Shown here: positions 56,271 through 64,000 of the stretch, one piece after another
How the letters are laid out: every line of letters begins with the position of its first letter
Numbering within the stretch: position 1 is the stretch's first letter
Origin: a bacterium
GTDB lineage: Bacteria > Desulfobacterota > DSWW01
Direction: 5' to 3'
NCBI GenBank assembly: GCA_040756235.1
Contig: JBFLZG010000051.1
Location: forward strand, 1-64,000
DNA: 64,000 nt
Program-made: the position numbers and the translations under genes
The notes under the pieces: model-generated
What the model saw: only the letters and a program-made list of their open reading frames with translations
Databases searched by the model: none
What the model was told of the DNA's origin: nothing

Positions 56271-57875
56271 ATGAAATATGAGCAATGTACCTTGGGTCAG
56301 CTTCTGGAAAAGAGGGCCTCTGAATATGAGGACAAGACGTATCTGGTCTTCAATGATCAGGAGACCTCCTACAGGGAATTTGACCGACAGGTGAACCGAG
56401 TAGCCAACGCATTGACGCGCCTGGGGGTCACCAAAGGGACACACGTGAACGTTCATCTGGGCAATTGTCCGGAGTTCCTCCAGACCTTTTTCGCACTCAC
56501 GAAGATCGGCGCTGTGCTAAATCCCTCCAATCTGGCCCTGACCGGAAACGAACTGAAATACATCCTAGATCATGCGGAGGCGGAGATAAGCATTACCTCG
56601 ACATGGTTCAAAGATCTGATCAAGTCGCTGAGACCTTCCTGTAAGAACCTTCAGAGAATTGTTGTCATTGGTGAAGAGGAATCAGAAGGCGGAGTCATTT
56701 CCTGGGATGAAATGATGCGAGACACCTCGGCCACCTTCAGGGCCGACGTGTCCTCGACGCCCGACGACATGGCGGTTCTCATGTACACAACCGGCACAAC
56801 CGCTTTGCCCAAGGGCGTGATGCTCAGCCACCAGAACATAACGTCTGCGGGATATTCCTGGATGTGGGCGGCTGGTTTTACTCCCAAGGACAGGACGCTC
56901 GCCGGTTTTCCTCTCTTTCATGCCAATGCCCTTGTTTTCAGCTGTGTGGGAAGCATGGCTCACGGGGGTAGTGTTTTGTTGCTTGAAAGGATGACGTTCG
57001 CCAATCTCATGGAATTGGCCAGGCGGTACAATGTGACTCACTTCAACTTTGCCGGCCCGGCCATGGCCCTCATGATGTGGCTGCCTGAAGACCCGAAGGA
57101 TCCCGTCAATCCGGTCAGGGTCGTCCATTGTGCGATGGGGTCACCGGAATTGGTCGAAGCCTGGGCAAGGCGTTTCCAGATCCAGGTTGTCATGGCGTAT
57201 AACTTGACCGAATGCACACTGGCCACAGGTACGCCCATAAGTGGTCCTAACCGTGTAAAACCGGGCTCCATCGGCTGGGCGGCTCCGAGTGCACCGTATC
57301 CCACGGAGATCCGTGTAGTGGATCCGATGGGGAATGATACACCCGTGGGCGTTGCTGGTGAGATTATCGTACGAGGACCGGCCGTCATGAAGGGGTACTA
57401 CAAGGAACCGTCCCGGACCGCCGAGGCCATAAAAGACGGGTGGCTTCACACCGGCGACTTGGGCTGGCGCGATGAGGATGACTGTTTGTGGTTTTCCGAT
57501 CGGCTGAAGGACGTCGTAAAAGTAAGAGGTGAAAATGTCTCTTCCGTTGAAGTGGAAGAGGCGATTGGTGCTCATCCGAAAGTGGCTGAAGTGGCTGTCC
57601 TTGGCGTGGGCGAGGCGGCAAGCGGAGCCCAGGAGATTGTGGCGTCCATGGTCTTGACCCATGGTGAGAACGCTGAGACGGTCCCTCCCCAGGAGATTAT
57701 CGAATGGTGCAAGCAGCGTCTGGCGAAATTCAAAATACCCCGCTTTTACAATTACAGAGACGAGCCGCTCCCTCGGGTAGGCGGCATCAAGATTTCGAAG
57801 AAGGATATGAGACAGGACAAGAAGATTCTCACCAAGGGCTGTTATGATTCAAGAAAGGAAGAATGGTTAGGATGA
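56271..57875 (+). CDS. Acyl-CoA synthetase (CaiC/long-chain type)
   Basis: YTTGTTALPKG, PLFHANA, YNLTE, MKGYY, WLHTGDLG, GENVSSVEVE. Start uncertain. Confidence 0.92.
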   Translation: MKYEQCTLGQLLEKRASEYEDKTYLVFNDQETSYREFDRQVNRVANALTRLGVTKGTHVNVHLGNCPEFLQTFFALTKIGAVLNPSNLALTGNELKYILDHAEAEISITSTWFKDLIKSLRPSCKNLQRIVVIGEEESEGGVISWDEMMRDTSATFRADVSSTPDDMAVLMYTTGTTALPKGVMLSHQNITSAGYSWMWAAGFTPKDRTLAGFPLFHANALVFSCVGSMAHGGSVLLLERMTFANLMELARRYNVTHFNFAGPAMALMMWLPEDPKDPVNPVRVVHCAMGSPELVEAWARRFQIQVVMAYNLTECTLATGTPISGPNRVKPGSIGWAAPSAPYPTEIRVVDPMGNDTPVGVAGEIIVRGPAVMKGYYKEPSRTAEAIKDGWLHTGDLGWRDEDDCLWFSDRLKDVVKVRGENVSSVEVEEAIGAHPKVAEVAVLGVGEAASGAQEIVASMVLTHGENAETVPPQEIIEWCKQRLAKFKIPRFYNYRDEPLPRVGGIKISKKDMRQDKKILTKGCYDSRKEEWLG

Positions 57876-58032
57876 GCCCGGGCATCCGCAGAGGATTCCG
57901 ATGAACTACGAATGAAGCCATTTGCCTCCCGAACCATGAAAGCTCTTTACATATCGATTACAGTCCCTATCTCAGCGATGTGACGGTCAGCAAACATGTA
58001 ATAGCGCTAAACTCTAACAGGAGGCAGAGAAG

Positions 58033-59487
58033 ATGGTAGGGATTACAGCATATGGCTCCTATATTCCCAAGAAGCGTCTGAATCGGATGGCGATCATTCA
58101 AAGCATGGGCTGGCTCGCGCCCGGCTTGATGACTGCGGCACGGGGCGAACGGAGCATGTGCAACTGGGACGAGGATGCCATGACCATGGCCGTGGCGGCT
58201 GCAAAGGACTGCGTCACAGGGATGGACAAAAGTGCGATCAACGCGGCCTATCTGGCATCGACCAGCCTGCCCTTCAAGGATCGCCAGAACAGCGGCATCC
58301 TGGCCACCGCCCTGAATCTGCCGGAAGAGGGGCTCGTAACCGCAGATTTCACCTCCTCGCTCAGAAGCGGCACCACGGCCCTGCTGACCGCCATCGACGC
58401 GGTGCAGGGAGAGGGCAAGAGCAACGTCCTAGTGGCCGCCTCCGATGCGCGCGACGCGAAGTCCGCCTGGTTCTATGAGATGTGGTACGGCGATGGCGCA
58501 GCCTGCTTGCTGGTGGGGAAAGACAAGGTGATCGCAGAATTCAAGGGTGCCTACTCGGTTGCCTGTGATTTCGTCAACACCTTCAAAGGTGCAAACGCGA
58601 AATTCGACTACGGATGGGAAGAGCGGTGGATTCGGGAGGAAGGCTTCGCCAAGATCATCCCTGCCGCTATCAACGGGCTGCTCGAGAAGTGCGGCGTCTC
58701 CATAATTGATGTGGCCAAGGTGGTTTATCCCTGCTACCTGTCCAGTAATGTTCACAAGGGCGTTGCCAAGCCCCTGAAGGCGGCGCCGGAACAGATCCAG
58801 GACAATCTGGCCGACGTGGTGGGTGACACGGGTGCTGCTCAGCCGCTGGCCATGTTCGTTGCCGCCCTGGAAGAGGCGAAGCCAGGGGACAAGATCGTGG
58901 TGGCAAGCTTCGGCCAGGGTTGCGATGCCCTGCTGTTCGAGGTTACGGAGAACATCAAGAATCTGCCCGCCCGCAAGGGTATGAAGGGCTCTCTCGCGAA
59001 CCGCCAGGAGGAGACCCAGTACTCGAAACTCCAGACGTTTCGGGAGGTGGTCAACGTTGAGATGGGGATCCGCGCCGAGTCGAACAAGCAGACCGCCCTG
59101 TCCGCCCTTTGGAGACACCGGAAGCAGGTCCTGGGGCTTGTCGGCGGGAAATGCACCAAGTGCGGAACGCCCCAGTATCCGAGGATGAGGATGTGCGTGA
59201 ACCCGGATTGCAGTGCCGTTGACTCCCAGGTGGACCATGAGTTTGCCGACAGGACAGGCATCATCAAGAGTTACACAGGCGACATGCTGGCCGTGTCCGT
59301 CGATCCGCCTGCCATCTACGGGCTCGTTCAGTTCGAAGGTGGCGGCCGCGCCCTGTGCGACTTCACGGATTGTGCCCTGGCAGACGTGAAGGTGGGCCAG
59401 CAAGTGAAGATGTCTTTCCGGATCAAGTACTATGACAATGTAAGGGATTTCCACGGCTACTACTGGAAGGCCGTACCGCAAATCTAG
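58033..59487 (+). CDS. HMG-CoA synthase/PhlA-like domain fused to DUF35 Zn-ribbon OB-fold
   Basis: GITAYGSYIP, DEDAMTMAV, GDGAA, VGDTG, SFGQGCDA; DFTSSLRSG where the catalytic Cys is expected; C-terminal CTKCG...CVNPDC. Confidence 0.85.
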   Translation: MVGITAYGSYIPKKRLNRMAIIQSMGWLAPGLMTAARGERSMCNWDEDAMTMAVAAAKDCVTGMDKSAINAAYLASTSLPFKDRQNSGILATALNLPEEGLVTADFTSSLRSGTTALLTAIDAVQGEGKSNVLVAASDARDAKSAWFYEMWYGDGAACLLVGKDKVIAEFKGAYSVACDFVNTFKGANAKFDYGWEERWIREEGFAKIIPAAINGLLEKCGVSIIDVAKVVYPCYLSSNVHKGVAKPLKAAPEQIQDNLADVVGDTGAAQPLAMFVAALEEAKPGDKIVVASFGQGCDALLFEVTENIKNLPARKGMKGSLANRQEETQYSKLQTFREVVNVEMGIRAESNKQTALSALWRHRKQVLGLVGGKCTKCGTPQYPRMRMCVNPDCSAVDSQVDHEFADRTGIIKSYTGDMLAVSVDPPAIYGLVQFEGGGRALCDFTDCALADVKVGQQVKMSFRIKYYDNVRDFHGYYWKAVPQI

Positions 59488-59528
59488 AGAAAGAGCCGAG
59501 TCAAGGCCTACCTACAGGAGGCAAGAAC

Positions 59529-60737
59529 ATGGCAACAGGAATACGGGACAAGGTTGCAATTCTGGGTATGGGGTGCTCCAAATTTGGGGAGCGCTGGGAT
59601 ATGGGCGCCGAGGATTTGCTCGTTGAGGCGTTCCAGGAGTGCATCGAGGACGCAGGGATTGACAAAAAGGAGATCCAGGCAGCTTGGCTGGGCACGGCCT
59701 TGCCGGAGATCAGCGTTGGGCCGAGTGCCCTGCCGTTGAGCATCAGCCTGCGACTTCCCAATATCCCGGCGACCCGGGTGGAAAACTTGTGTGCGAGCGG
59801 AACTGAGGCCTTTCGGGGTGCGGTCTACGCTGTAGCATCCGGCGCCTATGACATTTGCCTAGCCGCTGGCGTGGAGAAGCTCAAGGACACCGGTTACGGC
59901 GGACTGCCGGACATGGGGTCAAGCGGAGGCCCTCGGGGCATCATGACAGGGGTCAACATGACGGCACCGGGCACTTTCGCTCAACTCGCCAGCGGGTATG
60001 CGGCGACGTACGGCGTATCGGATCAGGAGATCAAGCGGGCCCTCGCGCATGTATCCGCTAAGAGCCATGCCAACGGTGCCAAGAACCCGAAGGCGCACCT
60101 GAGAAAGGTGGTGACCGAAGAGCAGATTATGGCCGCTCCGATCATCGCCCACCCTCTGGGCCTTTTCGACTGCTGCGGGGTGAGCGACGGGTCCGCGTGT
60201 GCGATCGTGACGACCCCGGAGATCGCCAAGAGCCTTGGCAAGAAGGATCTGATCTCGGTCAAGGCCCTGCAACTCTCGCTGAGCAACGGGTATGAGATGG
60301 CCTACAACGAATGGAACGTGGATCACTTCGTGACCACCACCAAGGCAAGCAAGATGGCTTACGAAGAGGCCGGTATCAAGAAGCCCCGGGAAGAGCTCAG
60401 CATGATCGAGGTCCACGACTGCTTCTCGATCACCGAGATGGTCACCATGGAGGACCTGCACATCTCGCCCAGGGGCGGTGCCATCAAGGACATCATGGAC
60501 GGCTTCTATGACGCGGACGGTGGCGTCCCGTGCCAGATCGACGGAGGCCTCAAGTGCTTCGGCCACCCGATCGGCGCCTCGGGCCTGAGGATGCTCTACG
60601 AGATGTACCTGCAGCTCCTCGGCCGCGCCGGCGACAGGCAGCTCAAGGATCCCCGGATCGGTTTGACCCACAATCTGGGCGGATTCCCGTACATGAACGT
60701 GTGCAGTGTCGGCATCGTCGGCCGACACGAAGGATAG
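59529..60737 (+). CDS. Acetyl-CoA acetyltransferase (SCP2/PhlC-type thiolase)
   Basis: RVENLCASG, GVEK, DCCGVSDG, EVHDCF, GGLKCFGHPIGASG. Confidence 0.92.
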   Translation: MATGIRDKVAILGMGCSKFGERWDMGAEDLLVEAFQECIEDAGIDKKEIQAAWLGTALPEISVGPSALPLSISLRLPNIPATRVENLCASGTEAFRGAVYAVASGAYDICLAAGVEKLKDTGYGGLPDMGSSGGPRGIMTGVNMTAPGTFAQLASGYAATYGVSDQEIKRALAHVSAKSHANGAKNPKAHLRKVVTEEQIMAAPIIAHPLGLFDCCGVSDGSACAIVTTPEIAKSLGKKDLISVKALQLSLSNGYEMAYNEWNVDHFVTTTKASKMAYEEAGIKKPREELSMIEVHDCFSITEMVTMEDLHISPRGGAIKDIMDGFYDADGGVPCQIDGGLKCFGHPIGASGLRMLYEMYLQLLGRAGDRQLKDPRIGLTHNLGGFPYMNVCSVGIVGRHEG

Positions 60738-61397
60738 TAAGCGATCTTTCATCAAAAAGCTTTGAAGGGATTCCCCGGGGCAAAAGCCGCAGGGTGGTGC
60801 CGAACACGATGAAGAGATGTCAGCACCACGCAGATCAGAGCACATCATGAAGCTACCCTTGCACGAAAATTCGGCCTTTTGGGCCAGGCTCTAGCTAAGA
60901 ATAGCCGGCAATTCCTTCAAAGTTACCAGATGGCTAACGGACCTGCCCTCCTTCCATATGTCATGGGTGAGACCTTGACCTCTCCGCAGGTCTTTCCGAG
61001 TCAGTATTTCTTGCTCCTGCACGTAACAAGATGACCCAGGAGGGCCCACCCTGAAAGGAACTCCCCGCCCGGCCCCCGATAGGCGTCGCTCCGCGTTGTC
61101 TCAGTCCGGCTGCAGCAGCTCCCGCGCCTGCGCCAGGCAGCGCTGCTCAAGAGAGGGATCGGTTAGAGAAGAGAGCCCAGATGGCCAGCTCGTCGTCCAT
61201 GCTTTCCCCATCCCGGCACGGCCCGCTGGTGCTGGCGCCGATATCCAGGCCGAGCGCGCGGTGACGTTCCCGGAAAGCTTCCAGCGGATCGGGCAGTCCT
61301 TCTCAGAGCGCAGAGAAAAAATTCTGAAGTCGCGACCTCACCGCAGCATCTAAAGACCAGGGAGCATCCGGTGGCCGATACAATGTGGGAGGTAGGA

Positions 61398-61790
61398 ATG
61401 CGCATCCTGCATACCATGATCCGCGTAACCAACATGGAAGAATCTCTGAAATTCTACACCGAAGTTCTCGGCATGAAGCTCCTTCGAAAGAAGGACTACC
61501 CGACCGGCAAGTTCACTCTTGCCTTTGTCGGGTACGGGAACGAGTCCGATGAGTCCGCCATTGAGCTGACGCACAACTGGGACGTGGATCACTACGAGAT
61601 GGGAAACGCTTACGGGCACATCGCGCTCGAGGTGGACGATGTCTACGAAGCGTGCGAAAAGATCAGGTCCCAGGGCGGGAGAGTCGTCCGCGAGGCTGGC
61701 CCGATGAAGGGCGGATCCACGGTCCTGGCGTTCGTCGAGGATCCGGACGGCTACAAGATCGAACTGCTTGGAAAGGAGCGGGCAGACTGA
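61398..61790 (+). CDS. gloA: Lactoylglutathione lyase (glyoxalase I)
   Basis: [43 protein letters not shown]. Confidence 0.96.
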   Translation: MRILHTMIRVTNMEESLKFYTEVLGMKLLRKKDYPTGKFTLAFVGYGNESDESAIELTHNWDVDHYEMGNAYGHIALEVDDVYEACEKIRSQGGRVVREAGPMKGGSTVLAFVEDPDGYKIELLGKERAD

Positions 61791-62038
61791 TTGCGCATGG
61801 GCTTCGTGGCTGCAAAGTTGGCAAAGGCCAGGCAGCTCCGGAACCCGCAGGCCCTGCAGTTCGTCCGGGGCGTGGCCAGGGTGGTCTGGCATTGTGATCT
61901 CGGTTTGCCCTATTCTCTATCTCACCGGGGGCCCGGTTCCGGCGCGGGGAATTGAGGCCGGGCTGACTGCGGGTCTCGACCTCCTGCGGAGGCACGGGAC
62001 GGGAACCCATGCGTGCTGGCGGCCGGAAGGGCCCAACT

Positions 62039-63478
62039 ATGGACAAGCTGCCGGATGGTTTCATCGTCGTCTGCAAGAGAGAGTGCGAGACCTGCGTCAT
62101 GGTCGTCCCGGTGCTGCAAGAGCTTGCATCGGGACCTGTGCGCCTGACCGTCTATGTGCAGGATGACCCGGGGTTTCCGGAAGGGGTGCCGGGGGTGATC
62201 GATGATACGTCCCTGGAACGATCCTTTCGGCTCCGGATCGAGACGGTGCCCACGCTGATTCACGTCGAAAACGGAGAGGAGAAGGCCCGCGCGGTGGGCT
62301 GGTACCGGTCCGAGTGGCGAGCATTGACGGGACTGGAGGGCCTGGGCCAGGGGTTGCCCGATTTCCGCCCGGGTTGCGGATCGAAGAGCGTCGAACCCGG
62401 GATCGCGGAGCAGCTCGCGGTCCGTTTCGGCGTGGTGCCCCTCGCGTCGCGCCGCGTGGAGTCGCCGGCGCTCGAAGACGAAATCGAAACCTGCTTCGAG
62501 CGCGGCTGGACGGACGGGCTGCCCGTGGTCCCGCCCACCGAAGTCCGGGTGGTGCGCATGCTCCAGGGAACGCCACGAGGCCCTGGCGAGGTGGTGGGCA
62601 TCATCCCGCCGAATCAGGTCCCGTGCACGGTGGAGAAGGCGGCCGTCAACGCGGTCATGGCTGGCTGCAAGCCGGAGTACCTGCCGGTGGTCCTCGCGGC
62701 CGTGGAAGCCGCATGCCTGGACGCGTTCTGTCTGCACGGCCTCCTGGCCACGACCTATTTCTCGGGACCCGTGGTCCTGGTCAACGGTCCGGTGGCAAGG
62801 GCCATCGGGATGAATGCCGGGGTCAACGTCCTGGGCCAGGGGAACCGAGCCAACGCGACCATCGGCCGGGCCCTCCAGCTGATCGTCCGCAACGTCGGCG
62901 GCGGGCGGCCTGGAGAGATCGATCGGGCGACCTTGGGAAACCCCGGGAAGTACACGTTCTGCTTTGCCGAGGACGAGGCCGGTTCTCCCTGGGAGCCTCT
63001 CGCGGTGGAGCGGGGCTTTCCTGCGGGGACCTCGACGGTGACACTCTTTGCGGGGGACGGGGTTCAGGGAGTGTTCGATCAGCTTTCCCGGACGCCCGAG
63101 TCCCTTGCAAGAACGTACGCGGCCTGCCTGCGGACGGTGGCGCATCCCAAGATCCCCATCGCCGCCGACGCCATGCTGGTGGTGTCCCCGGAGCACGGCC
63201 GGGTCTTCGGGCGAGCCGGCTGGACGAAATCCAGGCTGAGGGAGGAGCTGGACGGGCTGCTGCAACTCCCCGGGAGCGCGCTGGTTCGCGGCGCCGGCGG
63301 GATCGCGGAGGGGATCCCGGAGGAAATGAAAGATCTGACCCTGCCGAAGTTCCGCCCCGGAGGTCTCCACATCGTGCATGCCGGCGGCCCCGCGGGGCTC
63401 TTCTCCGCCATCATCGGCGGATGGGTTGCGAGCGGACCCATAGGAAGCCAGTCCGTGACAAAGGAGATTCATCCATGA
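62039..63478 (+). CDS. Thioredoxin-like (CETC) domain fused to uncharacterised GWTDGLPVVPPT domain
   Basis: VCKRECETC...IETVPTLI (Trx fold, cis-Pro loop); PGCGSK linker; GWTDGLPVVPPT, VEKAAVNAVMAGC, NRANATIGRA. ATGA-coupled to the next gene. Confidence 0.75.
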   Translation: MDKLPDGFIVVCKRECETCVMVVPVLQELASGPVRLTVYVQDDPGFPEGVPGVIDDTSLERSFRLRIETVPTLIHVENGEEKARAVGWYRSEWRALTGLEGLGQGLPDFRPGCGSKSVEPGIAEQLAVRFGVVPLASRRVESPALEDEIETCFERGWTDGLPVVPPTEVRVVRMLQGTPRGPGEVVGIIPPNQVPCTVEKAAVNAVMAGCKPEYLPVVLAAVEAACLDAFCLHGLLATTYFSGPVVLVNGPVARAIGMNAGVNVLGQGNRANATIGRALQLIVRNVGGGRPGEIDRATLGNPGKYTFCFAEDEAGSPWEPLAVERGFPAGTSTVTLFAGDGVQGVFDQLSRTPESLARTYAACLRTVAHPKIPIAADAMLVVSPEHGRVFGRAGWTKSRLREELDGLLQLPGSALVRGAGGIAEGIPEEMKDLTLPKFRPGGLHIVHAGGPAGLFSAIIGGWVASGPIGSQSVTKEIHP

Positions 63479-64000
63479 CGACGAAGACGACCGTATTGCT
63501 GGACCCCACTGCAGAAGGCTCGCCGGGTCGGCGCGCGCGGCTGCCTCGCCCGAAGGACCTCACCGGGCTCACGGTCGGGCTCCTGGATATCTCGAAGGCC
63601 CGCGGCGACGTCTTTCTCGATGAGATCGAGAGGGAGCTGTGCGGCCGCGGCCTGAAGATCAGGCGCTACCGGAAACCGACCTTTGCACGGGTGGCCCCGA
63701 TCGAGCTGCGGCAGCAGATCCGCGCCGAGTGCGACGTCCTCATCGAAGCGCTTGCGGACTGAGGGTCGTGCACGTCGTGCAGTGTGCACGACATCGTGGA
63801 TCTGGAAGGCCGGGGCGTGCCGAGCGTCTATGTCGCCTCGGCGGAGTTCGTGCAGGCGGGGAAGTCGCAGGCCGAGGCGCTCGGATACGATCCTGCCTGC
63901 GTGTTTGTCCCGCATCCCATTCAGGACAAGACGGACGAGGAGATGAAGGCCATTGCCCGCGCTGCCGTCGGGGATCTCCTGAAGTCGATCACCGCCGCAT
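63475..64000 (+). CDS. UGSC-family selenoprotein (UGA at 63760-63762); stop not inside the window
   Basis: RBS AAGGAG, ATG 63475. ...IEALAD-U-GSCTSCSVHD..LEGRGVP...EF...VPHPI continues in frame to the window end. Confidence 0.88.
63774..63792 (+). promoter_or_regulatory. SECIS-like hairpin
   Basis: GUCGUGCA-GUG-UGCACGAC, perfect 8-bp stem starting 11 nt after the UGA, with a G-first loop. Confidence 0.7.

Noticed and set aside
60773..60894. Possible IS-end remnants (CCCCGGGGCAAAAGCCGCAGGG hairpin; TTTTGGGCCAGGCTCTAG) at the island's right edge
   Set aside because: Short, imperfect, no partner end or transposase found; cannot be supported.
62314..63474. N-terminal part of track ORF 62314-63762
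   Set aside because: Out-of-frame overlap with the 62039 gene; the real start is ATG 63475 with an RBS.

Overview
High-GC bacterial DNA. The gene content (DUF1302/DUF1329, HdrD-like Fe-S protein, sigma-54 activator, selenoproteins) suggests an anaerobic Deltaproteobacteria-type organism; this is inference. Contents in order: (1) 0.4-8.4 kb, a complete cyclic-nucleotide module: TPR/beta-barrel outer-membrane protein, FecR protein, FN3 lipoprotein, CHASE2 adenylate cyclase, cNMP-binding MscS channel and class II phosphodiesterase, interspersed with GTAG REP-like hairpins and a MITE-like element. (2) 8.7-26.7 kb, FetAB-like ABC pair, orphan PAS kinase, two VAO/PCMH-type flavoproteins flanking a CCG Fe-S protein, a 998-aa B12 radical SAM protein, DUF1329, a UroD-fold methyltransferase, MerR-TPR and an ATP-grasp ligase. 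(3) Housekeeping block: tRNA-Phe, rsmE, prmA, nadA, smpB. (4) Ltp3/Ltp4-like thiolase-fold pair with two DUF35 proteins, an orphan ACP-LnmK fusion, a rhodanese membrane protein and acetoacetate-CoA ligase. (5) An ArsM-like methyltransferase with in-frame UGA and SECIS-like hairpin. (6) A VWA7/Het-C-like secreted protein. (7) A visibly lower-GC sigma-54 catabolic operon with a double-HTH activator, five candidate enhancer boxes and three C-C cleaving enzyme types. (8) gloA, a thioredoxin-fused protein and a UGSC-motif selenoprotein running off the window. The ORF track truncates both selenoproteins. Family calls come from motifs recognised by eye; no searches were run.
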